Below the pieces are notes generated by a model. It did no database searches, had not been told where the DNA came from, and worked only from the letters and a program-made list of their open reading frames with translations. The translations under genes and the position numbers were made by a program. From the NCBI GenBank assembly GCA_022340405.1, contig JAJDOA010000273.1:1-42226 (forward strand): a stretch of 42,226 bases of DNA, written 5' to 3'. Of this stretch, positions 1 to 7,918 are shown piece after piece; position 1 is the stretch's first letter; the number at the start of each line of letters is the position of its first letter. This stretch comes from Desulfobacteraceae bacterium (GTDB lineage Bacteria; Desulfobacterota; Desulfobacteria; Desulfobacterales; JAJDOA01).

Positions 1-229
1 ACAAACGGTTCGCTTTCAAAGACTGGCGTTATCTTCCCTCAGCGCCACTGAACGGTTGGAAAAAATTATAATTCAGTGGCGCCAAGTAGCGGATTAGCTC
101 AATCCATTCAGATTTGGACAACATCAGCGCTCTCCACAAAAATGGGACAATAGCGGGACAGAATTAACTAAACAGGTATTTTATATGATATTCATTGCTC
201 ATTGATAGGCCATTTTTACTAATGATTTC

Positions 230-318
230 TGGTGCCTGGGACGAGAATCGAACTCGTACGGGGACTCAGCCCCAAGGGATTTTAAGTCCCTTGCGTCTAC
301 CTATTCCGCCACCCAGGC
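230..318 (-). tRNA. tRNA-Leu (anticodon UAA), type II with long variable arm, CCA encoded
   Basis: The reverse complement reads GCCTGGGTGGCGGAATAGGTAGACGCAAGGGACTTAAAATCCCTTGGGGCTGAGTCCCCGTACGAGTTCGATTCTCGTCCCAGGCACCA. It has a 7-bp acceptor stem GCCTGGG/CCCAGGC, an anticodon stem AGGGA/TCCCT with loop CTTAAAA (anticodon TAA), a GTTCGATTC T-loop and a long extra arm. Confidence 0.9.
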
Positions 319-374
319 GCTTGGATAGGGTGTACCGCTCGGATCCTCTCGACCGGAGCGATGAAATTCGATTG

Positions 375-403
375 GTTGTAAAAGCTGGCTGGGCAATTGT
401 CAA
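375..403 (-). promoter_or_regulatory. Putative sigma70-type promoter for tRNA-Leu (TTGACA-17 nt-TACAAC on the minus strand)
   Basis: The minus strand reads TTGACAattgcccagccagctttTACAAC: a perfect -35, a 17-nt spacer and a 4/6 match at -10. It lies about 55 nt upstream of the tRNA 5' end. Confidence 0.3.
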
Positions 404-544
404 GATGGGCCGCAGCGTTGCAGGCGGGATTCGCCCGGGGAAAAGACCTTCGGGTGCATGAAAACGCGTGTGGTAACCCCTATCGGCCTTTTGCGCTGCG
501 ACGGAACAGCCGGTCCCCGCCTTTACGGACATCGGACTTCCATT

Positions 545-1207
545 CTATGGGGCTTCCGCCGGTCCCTTGTTTAGGAGGGCATGGACCACCCCGTGGCACT
601 TGCAGGCCGTGGCCAGGAGAACGGGGGTTTTCGCGCTCTCGACCGCACCCAACGCTTCTCGGAGATCCCCGGTTCGGTAGCCCCCCACCCCGGGCAACAG
701 CTGCCGGCTCTGTACCACGACGGTCTGGAAGGGCGGGAATGCCAGGTTTTGGATATGTTCGTAGAGCCGATATGGGCGGGGTCGGCCCGTACACGTGCAG
801 ATTTTCGGCGGTTCGGGGCAATCCGGCGGGCACATAAAATCGGCAATGGAGGTGTACAAGGCTCCCCCCTCCCCCTTTATGGGATTGGGCAGTTGACGGA
901 GGACGGCATCCGGAACCGGCATCGTCTCCAATCCGGGCAGTACCAGCTGGAGCCATTCCCGCAGCAGATGCACCGGGACGGCGGGAACGATCCAGTCCGG
1001 CCGATTACGATCGTCCAGCCGTTGAAAAAGAAACACCGCACCGTCTGCGCAGACGGTGTCGATTCCCGGAAGGTCCAGACGCCTCAGGGGTTCCGGGTCT
1101 ATGTCCACCACGGTAAATATCGCGCCGGGATGCTTCCGGTTCAGCTCCCGCACGGCCATGGAGCCGAAAGTGCCGGCCCCAATCACCCAGAATGACTTCC
1201 GTATCAC
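545..1207 (-). CDS. NAD(P)-binding Rossmann-fold protein of unknown function with a Cys-rich central motif
   Basis: The ORF is 545..1369. The N-terminal dinucleotide-binding motif FWVIGAGTFGS directly follows a GTG (1207) preceded by GGAAAGGGAA. The longer ATG start at 1369 would overlap the divergent maf start. The protein carries the motif CPPDCPEPPKICTCTG and a later CKCH. Confidence 0.6.
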   Translation of the reverse strand: MIRKSFWVIGAGTFGSMAVRELNRKHPGAIFTVVDIDPEPLRRLDLPGIDTVCADGAVFLFQRLDDRNRPDWIVPAVPVHLLREWLQLVLPGLETMPVPDAVLRQLPNPIKGEGGALYTSIADFMCPPDCPEPPKICTCTGRPRPYRLYEHIQNLAFPPFQTVVVQSRQLLPGVGGYRTGDLREALGAVESAKTPVLLATACKCHGVVHALLNKGPAEAP

Positions 1208-1362
1208 GTGCTGTTCCCTTTCCGTGGTCGTCCTTGGGTCCTCAATGCGCCCCCAGTGACTCTCTTTCTCTCTCCAGGCCCGACTTGTCAAGAGTGCGTT
1301 GGCATGATACGAGCTCTGCTTCCGGTCTGGAAATGTGGCCGCATCGGTGCTATTTTTTGAAT

Positions 1363-1986
1363 ATGCCAAGCGAAAGAGTGCAACCGCCGATCGTGCTGGC
1401 GTCTAAATCGCCCCGGCGCAAATACCTGCTGGAACAAGCCGGCATCTCCGTTGAGGTGTCGCCGTCCGGTGTGGACGAGGAAACCCTCTCCCACACCGAT
1501 CCGGAGTCGCACGCCCGGATCCTGGCCGAGGCGAAAGCACTGGATGTGGCCGAACGGATACCGGACAGTTGGGTCATCGGAGCGGATACCATCGTGGTGG
1601 CGGGCAAGGACGTGCTGGGAAAGCCCGGTTCCGATACCGAGGCCAGAAACATGCTCAAGCAGCTGAGCGGCCAGTGCCACCGGGTGATCACCGGATGGTG
1701 CGTTTGCTGTCGGAAACGGAATCAGCTCTTTTCCGACGCCGTGAGCACCGATGTATGGTTCAAGACGCTCAGCGACGCCGAAATCGACTGGTACATCCAC
1801 ACCGGAGAACCCTTCGACAAGGCCGGTGCGTACGCCATCCAGGGGCTGGGAACCTTTCTGGTGAAATCCATTCGTGGATCGTACACCAACGTCGTGGGGC
1901 TTCCGGTCTGTGAAATCATCGAGATCCTGCTGCAGCAGGACATCCTTCGCTACCGGGATCGCTCCGGGGAAAAGGAGATATCGTGA
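1363..1986 (+). CDS. maf: Maf-like nucleoside triphosphate pyrophosphatase (septum formation protein Maf family)
   Basis: N-terminus MPSERVQPPIVLASKSPRRKYLL, then GADTIV, DKAGAYAIQG and GSYTNVVGLP, which are typical Maf motifs. ATG 1363 was chosen inside ORF 1192..1986; the alternative ATG 1333 is not excluded. Confidence 0.88.
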   Translation: MPSERVQPPIVLASKSPRRKYLLEQAGISVEVSPSGVDEETLSHTDPESHARILAEAKALDVAERIPDSWVIGADTIVVAGKDVLGKPGSDTEARNMLKQLSGQCHRVITGWCVCCRKRNQLFSDAVSTDVWFKTLSDAEIDWYIHTGEPFDKAGAYAIQGLGTFLVKSIRGSYTNVVGLPVCEIIEILLQQDILRYRDRSGEKEIS

Positions 1987-2672
1987 TCGCGGATCGTCTT
2001 GAACACATCTGCTCCCGCATCCGGACATCCACCGCCTCCTGCGGACGGGATCCCGGATCCGTCCGCCTGGTGGCGGTGACGAAAACGCACCCGGCCGATG
2101 CGGTGAGGGAAGCCTATGCCGCAGGCCAGACGCTATTCGGGGAAAACTACGTTCAGGAAGCCCGCGAGAAGATCGCTGCGCTTTCCGACCTGCCGCTCCA
2201 CTGGCATTTCATCGGGCACCTGCAAAGCAACAAGGCCAAATACGCCGTGGATCTTTTTGATCTAATCCATACCGTGGACTCTCTCAAACTTGCCCGCGAG
2301 TTGGACAAACAAGCGGCCAAGCGGGGCAAGGTCCAGCAAATTCTCGTCCAGGTCAACGTTGGGTACGAACAGACCAAGTCGGGCGTCTTCGCCGAGGATT
2401 GTCTCGATCTGGTACAGAGCATCGCCCTCCTTTCCCACTTGCAGATTCTCGGGTTGATGACCCTGCCCCCCTTTTTCGACCAGCCCGAGCGGGTGCGGCC
2501 TTATTTCCGGCGGCTGCGGGAACTGGCCGATGGGATCCGAGCTGAAAACCTGCCCGGCGTCCGAATGGAAGAGCTCTCCATGGGAATGACCGGCGACTTC
2601 ACCGCCGCCATCGAGGAGGGAGCCACCCTGGTGCGGGTGGGAACGGCCATTTTCGGGGAGCGGAAACGATGA
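1983..2672 (+). CDS. yggS: YggS-family pyridoxal-phosphate homeostasis protein
   Basis: VRLVAVTKTHP, FGENYVQE, HFIGHLQSNK, LSMGMTGDF and ATLVRVGTAIFG match the YggS/PLPBP family. The GTG start overlaps the maf stop (GTGA). Confidence 0.9.
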   Translation: MIADRLEHICSRIRTSTASCGRDPGSVRLVAVTKTHPADAVREAYAAGQTLFGENYVQEAREKIAALSDLPLHWHFIGHLQSNKAKYAVDLFDLIHTVDSLKLARELDKQAAKRGKVQQILVQVNVGYEQTKSGVFAEDCLDLVQSIALLSHLQILGLMTLPPFFDQPERVRPYFRRLRELADGIRAENLPGVRMEELSMGMTGDFTAAIEEGATLVRVGTAIFGERKR

Positions 2673-3223
2673 AAATTCTTCTCCACACCTGCTGCGGGCC
2701 ATGCACGATTTACCCGCTGCGCATCCTGCGGGACGAGGGTCTGGACGTCATGGGGTTTTTCTACCGACACAACATCCACCCCTACACCGAATGCCTGCGG
2801 CGGCAGGAAACTCTTTCGGAATATGCGGACTCGGCCGGCTTCCGCCTGATTGTGCAGAAGGGCTATGACATGGAAGGCTTTCTCCGATCTGTGGTATTCC
2901 GTGAATCCAACCGCTGCGACATCTGTTACCACCACCGCTTGCAGTCGGCGGCAAAGGTCGCCAAGAAAGGTCGGTTCGACGCATTTTCCACCACACTGCT
3001 CTACAGCCGCCACCAGCGGCACGAGCGGATCCGATCCGTGGGCGAAGCCGTCGCCGCCGCCGAAAACATTCCCTTTCTCTATCGCGATTTCCGTGAAGGC
3101 TGGAAGGAGGGTATCGACGCCTCCCGCCGCATGGGCATGTACCGTCAGCCCTACTGCGGTTGCATCTACAGTGAAAAAGAACGCTTCTGCAAGCCAGAGA
3201 AGGATCGACACCCTCTCCCGTGA
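2669..3223 (+). CDS. queH: Epoxyqueuosine reductase QueH (DUF208)
   Basis: LLHTCCGPC at the N-terminus, NIHPYTEC, CDICYHHRL and YRQPYCGCIYSEKERF at the C-terminus are QueH hallmarks. The ATG overlaps the yggS stop (ATGA). Confidence 0.9.
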   Translation: MKILLHTCCGPCTIYPLRILRDEGLDVMGFFYRHNIHPYTECLRRQETLSEYADSAGFRLIVQKGYDMEGFLRSVVFRESNRCDICYHHRLQSAAKVAKKGRFDAFSTTLLYSRHQRHERIRSVGEAVAAAENIPFLYRDFREGWKEGIDASRRMGMYRQPYCGCIYSEKERFCKPEKDRHPLP

Positions 3224-5052
3224 TCTTCTCCAACCTCATATATTTCATTGTCGCCCTGCTGGTGTACACCACGTACCATCCACCCGAGTCCCTCCATTTC
3301 CCGCCAGAGGACACCGCGTTTCTTCTTGTGGGGATCTTCGCCATCTTCGCGGTGTTCACCCGGCTTCAATTTCGGCACCTGCTGGTCCATCTGAAACGAG
3401 GCGCCAACCGTACCGCCATCGATCACCTCTTCGACGGGGCGGTCCTGCGGCAGTCCGTGCTGGCCATTTTCGTCTATGCAATCGAAATCTACGGTCTGGG
3501 CCTACCGGCGGCTCTGGCCGGGAAACCGGTGTTCTCGTCCGCTCCTACGCTCCTCGCCCTGCTGTTCGTCGGACTGTTCACGCTCCACCTGGTGGTGGTG
3601 TGGGCTTTTGCCTTCGACGTGCACCGGTGCCTGTACGGCGTCTCCATTTCCCGAAAAACCTACGTGGTTTCCAACCTGCTCTTTGCAGTACCGATTCTGC
3701 TCCCCTGGCTGCTGCTGTCCGGATTCGCGGATATCGTCGCCGCCCTGCCCTTTGAAGGACCCCGGCAGTTTCTCTCCTCCACCGCTGGGGAAATCACCTA
3801 CTTTCTTTCGTTCCTGGTTTTTGCGGCTGTGTTCGCCCCGGTGCTGATCCAGCGGTTCTGGCAGTGCTCCCCCATGGAGAACGGCCACCAGCGAAGTCTC
3901 ATCGAAAGGGTTTGCCGCACCGCCGGTGTTCACTATCGGAACATCCTGTATTGGCCCATCTACGGCGGTCGCATGATCACCGCCGGTGTCATGGGGCTGG
4001 TGGGGCGGTTCCGCTATATTCTGGTGACCGAAGCCATGCTGGATTACCTGACGCCCCGCGAAATCGAGGCGGTAATGGCACACGAGATCGGGCACGTCAA
4101 AAGGCACCATCTGGTCTTTTACCTGGCATTTCTGGTCGGCTACATGCTGGTATCCTATGCCACCTTCGACCTGATCATTTTCGGAATCCTTTACACCCAT
4201 CCGATGTGGCGCCATCTCGCCACATTGGGTCTGGATCAGGAATCGATGACATCGCTGCTGTTCAGTTCCGCCATCATTGTAATGTTCCTGGTCTATTTCC
4301 GTTTTGTGTTCGGATACTTCATGCGAAATTTCGAACGCCAAGCCGACGCCTACGTCTATCGTCTCTTCGACAGTGCAACCCCGCTCATCGACACGCTGTC
4401 AAAAATCGCCTACACCAGCGGGCAATCGGCGGAAAAGCCCAACTGGCACCATTTCAGCATCGCCGAGCGCATTCGGTTCCTGCGACGTTGCGAGGGAGAC
4501 CGCCGCTGGATCGACCGGCACGAAAAAAAAATGCGCAACAGCATTGCTGTATTCGTTGCAGGCATGCTCCTTGTGGGCATTATGGGAATCCAGCTCAACT
4601 ACGGCGAGACCGGACGACGTCTCAATCGTCACATGTTCGAAACGCTGCTGGAAAGGGAACTGGAGAAGCATCCCGGGGATCCGGACCTGCTGGCCTCTCT
4701 GGGGGACATCTATCTGGAAAACGGCAATCTGCTCGAAGCGGAACGGACCTATCAGATGGCGCTGGAAAGGGATTCAAGCAGTGCACATGTCCTCAACAAC
4801 CTGTCCTGGCTGTACGCCACGGCCGAAGATTCCCGATTTCGCAAACCGGAACGGGCTCTCGCTCTGGCCTTGCGGGCTGTAAAAGTGGATCCTTCCCCCC
4901 ATGTGTGGGATACGCTGGCCGAAAGCTATTTCGTCAACGGAGAGATGGAAAATGCGGTGGAGGCCGCCAGGACCGCCCTGGACAAGGCTACGGTCAACCG
5001 CGCCTACTTCCGTGAGCAATTGCAGCGCTTCCAGAATGCACTGCACCGCTGA
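3220..5052 (+). CDS. Integral-membrane M48-family zinc metalloprotease with C-terminal TPR repeats
   Basis: HEIGHVKRHH (HEXXH) plus a downstream NFERQADAY glutamate. Six or more hydrophobic segments lie N-terminal to the catalytic site and two within the catalytic region. The C-terminus (LGDIYLENGNLLEAERTYQMAL etc.) is TPR-like. The GTG start overlaps the queH stop. Confidence 0.85.
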   Translation: MIFSNLIYFIVALLVYTTYHPPESLHFPPEDTAFLLVGIFAIFAVFTRLQFRHLLVHLKRGANRTAIDHLFDGAVLRQSVLAIFVYAIEIYGLGLPAALAGKPVFSSAPTLLALLFVGLFTLHLVVVWAFAFDVHRCLYGVSISRKTYVVSNLLFAVPILLPWLLLSGFADIVAALPFEGPRQFLSSTAGEITYFLSFLVFAAVFAPVLIQRFWQCSPMENGHQRSLIERVCRTAGVHYRNILYWPIYGGRMITAGVMGLVGRFRYILVTEAMLDYLTPREIEAVMAHEIGHVKRHHLVFYLAFLVGYMLVSYATFDLIIFGILYTHPMWRHLATLGLDQESMTSLLFSSAIIVMFLVYFRFVFGYFMRNFERQADAYVYRLFDSATPLIDTLSKIAYTSGQSAEKPNWHHFSIAERIRFLRRCEGDRRWIDRHEKKMRNSIAVFVAGMLLVGIMGIQLNYGETGRRLNRHMFETLLERELEKHPGDPDLLASLGDIYLENGNLLEAERTYQMALERDSSSAHVLNNLSWLYATAEDSRFRKPERALALALRAVKVDPSPHVWDTLAESYFVNGEMENAVEAARTALDKATVNRAYFREQLQRFQNALHR

Positions 5053-5142
5053 GTCAGGTCCGTCAAAGCGGAAAATGGAAGCGGTTAAAGTGATAAGCAT
5101 GCCGGAAAGGGAACGGAATTTTGGCAATCGCCATAAAATGCG

Positions 5143-5180
5143 AAAACGCCCGTGAGCGGCATGCCCACGGGCGTTTTTTT
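5143..5180. terminator. Bidirectional rho-independent terminator between the convergent M48 and gspE-like genes
   Basis: Perfect 10-bp stem AACGCCCGTG / CACGGGCGTT with an 11-nt loop. It is flanked by AAAA on the left and T7 on the right, so a U-run follows the hairpin on either strand. Confidence 0.65.
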
Positions 5181-5211
5181 ACCGTTTTGCGGTGTGCTGT
5201 TCCCGCTCCTG

Positions 5212-7524
5212 CTATTTGATACACACCTTCCGGACCTGCATCAGATCCAGATTCCCGCCGAAGATCTTTCCGATGCCGTCCTGCTTCAGCGTGGTCATGC
5301 CGTCCTTCAGCGCCTGCTCGGTAAGCACCTCCACGGGCTTGGCCTGCTGAATGAGTCGCTTCATGTCGTCGGTTCCCATCAGCAGCTCATGCAGACCCAT
5401 TCGTCCGGCATAGCCGGTGCTGTTGCACTTCTCGCAGCCGTTGGTCCTGTATAGCATGAGGTCGTCCGTGTAAGGAAGGTTGACATACTTGTCAAAGAGT
5501 TCTTTGGCGCCGTATTCCCGCACGAGTTCGTCGTATTCGTCCCGGGTGGGGTGGAATTCCTCCTTGCACTTCTTGCAAAGCGTACGGCCGAGTCGCTGGG
5601 CCAGGATGCACAGGATGGCATCGGCGAAGTTGAAGGGGTCCATACCCATGTCCAAAAGCCGGGTGATGCTTTCCGGTGCACTGTTGGTATGCAGGGTGGA
5701 AAAAACCAAATGCCCGGTAAGGGAGGCCTCGACGCCGATGGAAGTGGTTTCCTTGTCACGCATCTCACCCACCATGATCACATCCGGGTCGGCACGGAGA
5801 AATGCGCGCATGGCCGCAGCGAAATCGAAGCCGATCTTCGACTGCACCTGCACCTGGCGAAGCCCCTTCTGGGTGATTTCCACCGGATCCTCGGCGGTCC
5901 AAATCTTGGTTTCGATCTTGTTGATGTAGCCCAGAGCCGAGTGCAGCGATGTGGTTTTCCCCGAGCCGGTGGGACCGCATACAAAAATGATGCCGTAGGG
6001 CTGTGTGATGACGCTGACGAAATTGTCGAAGTTCTGCGGCGTCAATCCCAGCTTTTCCAGAGGGATAGGCTCTCCGGCGGCCAGGATACGCATGACCACG
6101 TCCTCCATGCCTCCCTGGGTCGGAATGGTGGCCACACGAAGCTCAATGTCTTTTCCGCCGTATTTTTTGAACTTGATCTTGCCGTCCTGGGGTTTGCGTC
6201 GCTCGGCGATGTCCAGGTCCGACATGATCTTGAGGCGGGACACCAGGGCATTCCGATAGGCGAAGGGGATCGTCTGGTACACCGTGCAGGCGCCGTCGAT
6301 GCGGATGCGGACCCGGGTGTTTTCTTTGCCGGGGTAAGGTTCGATGTGAATATCCGAAGCCCCCCTGGCGTAGGAGTCCAGAATGATCTTGTTGACCAGC
6401 TTGACGACGGCACTGTCTTCTTCGTTGAGGCTGGTCTCGGCCTCCTCGATCTCATCCTCTTCGGCCTGCAGCTCGGAGAGGATCTCGTCCATGGACTCCA
6501 ACTCTTTGTCGTCCTGTGTGAACAGCTTGATAAACGCCTGAATGTCTTCTCTCAGGGAAACGTGAAATTCCAGCCGTTTGCCCGGCAGCAGGGCCTTGAT
6601 GCTGTCGGTGCGCTGCAGGTCGTGTGGGTTGTCGATGAGAAGGATGACCTTTTCGTCTTCGGTGCGCAGCGGCAGCCAATTGTTTTTCTTCAGAAAGGGC
6701 ACTTTCAATCCGGTGAGCAGATCTCCGGGGATGGGTGTGTTGGCGTTGTACTCGACAAAGGGAACCTTGTAAAATTTGCTCAAGGACTGCCCGATGTCCT
6801 TTTTATCCACCTTGAATTCCTTCATCAGGACGTTTTCGATGGGTTCCTTGCGCTGGCGGGCGTCCACGATGGCTTTGTCGAGTTCTTTCTGGGTGAGGAT
6901 GTGGTTTTCCAGGATGTAGTCGAATTTGGTCGGACGCGTCTTGGCCATTCGCTTCTGGTTGTACAGCGCGATGCCCACGATCTCCGCCAGCTTCGCCACA
7001 GATTCCTCGTCCAGCTTCGTGAACGAGTCACCGCTGGTGCGGTTGATCAGCTGGATGGCGCCCAAAAGGAATTTTTTGTAGATGATGGGATAAACCAGCA
7101 CCTGCCGCGTTCGGAACCCGGTCTTTTTGTCCCAACTGCTGTCGAACTTCAGGTTCGGATCCAGGGCTGCCAGTTCTTTGTCGTCGTATACATCCTTGAG
7201 GTTGAGCAGTTTTTGCTTGTAGGCGGAGTAACCGGCGATGCTGCTGTTGGCGACCGGGATGCGGATTTCGGCAATCTCGTCTCCCGACTTGAACCGGGAG
7301 ACCAGCTCGCGCTTTTTCCCGTCGACGACGAATACAGTGATCCGCTCCGATTCGAACAGACCCGTGATCTGGTCTTGGAGCTCGATGAGGATTCCGTCCA
7401 GGTTCTTGGCTGCAAAAATTTTGTTGCAGATTTCCTGAAGCTTGGTGCGGTACTCCACCTCGCTCCGCAGATTCTGAACGTCGCTATTGGCCTCATCGGC
7501 CTTGGGTTTGAGTGCTACGGCCAT
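5212..7524 (-). CDS. GspE/PilB-family secretion ATPase with N-terminal GAF domain
   Basis: Walker A GPTGSGKTT, Asp/His boxes (IMVGEMRD, TGHLVFSTLHTN) and a C-terminal tetracysteine CKKC...CEKC. A T2SSE_N-like region (VPFVEY...LPL) is present. The first ~195 aa look like a GAF fold (ERITVFVVD...AIQLINR). Confidence 0.9.
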   Translation of the reverse strand: MAVALKPKADEANSDVQNLRSEVEYRTKLQEICNKIFAAKNLDGILIELQDQITGLFESERITVFVVDGKKRELVSRFKSGDEIAEIRIPVANSSIAGYSAYKQKLLNLKDVYDDKELAALDPNLKFDSSWDKKTGFRTRQVLVYPIIYKKFLLGAIQLINRTSGDSFTKLDEESVAKLAEIVGIALYNQKRMAKTRPTKFDYILENHILTQKELDKAIVDARQRKEPIENVLMKEFKVDKKDIGQSLSKFYKVPFVEYNANTPIPGDLLTGLKVPFLKKNNWLPLRTEDEKVILLIDNPHDLQRTDSIKALLPGKRLEFHVSLREDIQAFIKLFTQDDKELESMDEILSELQAEEDEIEEAETSLNEEDSAVVKLVNKIILDSYARGASDIHIEPYPGKENTRVRIRIDGACTVYQTIPFAYRNALVSRLKIMSDLDIAERRKPQDGKIKFKKYGGKDIELRVATIPTQGGMEDVVMRILAAGEPIPLEKLGLTPQNFDNFVSVITQPYGIIFVCGPTGSGKTTSLHSALGYINKIETKIWTAEDPVEITQKGLRQVQVQSKIGFDFAAAMRAFLRADPDVIMVGEMRDKETTSIGVEASLTGHLVFSTLHTNSAPESITRLLDMGMDPFNFADAILCILAQRLGRTLCKKCKEEFHPTRDEYDELVREYGAKELFDKYVNLPYTDDLMLYRTNGCEKCNSTGYAGRMGLHELLMGTDDMKRLIQQAKPVEVLTEQALKDGMTTLKQDGIGKIFGGNLDLMQVRKVCIK

Positions 7525-7563
7525 GATACACCCTCGTCCCGTTGCGTGTGGTTTTGGCGGAAA

Positions 7564-7806
7564 CTACTTCCCGGAAGGCGGATCGTCCGCCTTCCCCCAG
7601 TTGCTGTGGATTTTTTTCGCTCCGCCGCCGATCAGAAAAATACCGACGAAATAGAGACAAAACCGTATGAAAACCGAAACGGAGGAAAACTGTTCGATGG
7701 ACTCGATGCGGGGCATCAGCTGGGGGGTCCGGAAAAAAAGTGCAAGGCCCATCAGGACAAGGGCAATCCCCCAAATCAACTGACCGGCGTTTCGGCTTTC
7801 GGGCAT
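7564..7806 (-). CDS. Small (80 aa) two-TM membrane protein, unknown function
   Basis: Internal ATG at 7806 of ORF 7564..8145; the upstream part of that ORF overlaps the crotonase gene. Two hydrophobic helices are present (LIWGIALVLMGLALFF and FIRFCLYFVGIFLIGG). It ends 40 nt before the gspE-like start. Confidence 0.5.
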   Translation of the reverse strand: MPESRNAGQLIWGIALVLMGLALFFRTPQLMPRIESIEQFSSVSVFIRFCLYFVGIFLIGGGAKKIHSNWGKADDPPSGK

Positions 7807-7870
7807 GGTGTGAAAGATCCTGAACCCCAACCGAGCATCGGCGTTACAGAAACGATATCCCGATCGATGT

Positions 7871-7899
7871 ATCGTAATAGAGAATGGGATGAATGTCAA
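7871..7899 (-). promoter_or_regulatory. Putative sigma70-type promoter (TTGACA-17 nt-TACGAT) upstream of the small membrane protein/gspE-like pair
   Basis: The minus strand reads TTGACAttcatcccattctctatTACGAT, in the 112-nt gap after the crotonase stop. Confidence 0.3.
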
Positions 7900-7918
7900 A
7901 CCATTAGAGCCGTCCCCG

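Noticed and set aside
1-124. Possible partial or small ORFs at the left edge: plus-strand frames ending at 49-51 or 95-97, and a 31-aa minus-strand ORF at 29..124.
   Set aside because: They are too short and lack motifs, so a CDS call cannot be supported from the window alone. I mention them only as context for the tRNA-flank finding.
195-532. ORFs 195..461(+) and 266..532(-) overlapping tRNA-Leu, and ORFs 21233..21547(-) and 21010..21270(+) overlapping tRNA-Arg.
   Set aside because: They read through or opposite tRNA genes, have Arg/Pro/Gly-rich composition, and lack RBSs. They are spurious.
4442-4457. TGGCAC-like GG-N10-GC sequence (TGGCACCATTTCAGCA) resembling a sigma54 -24/-12 element. 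A similar weak match lies at about 26423-26438, upstream of the ferritin-like gene.
   Set aside because: The first lies inside the M48 coding region with no downstream gene start. The second deviates from the TTGC -12 consensus. No enhancer-binding protein is nearby.
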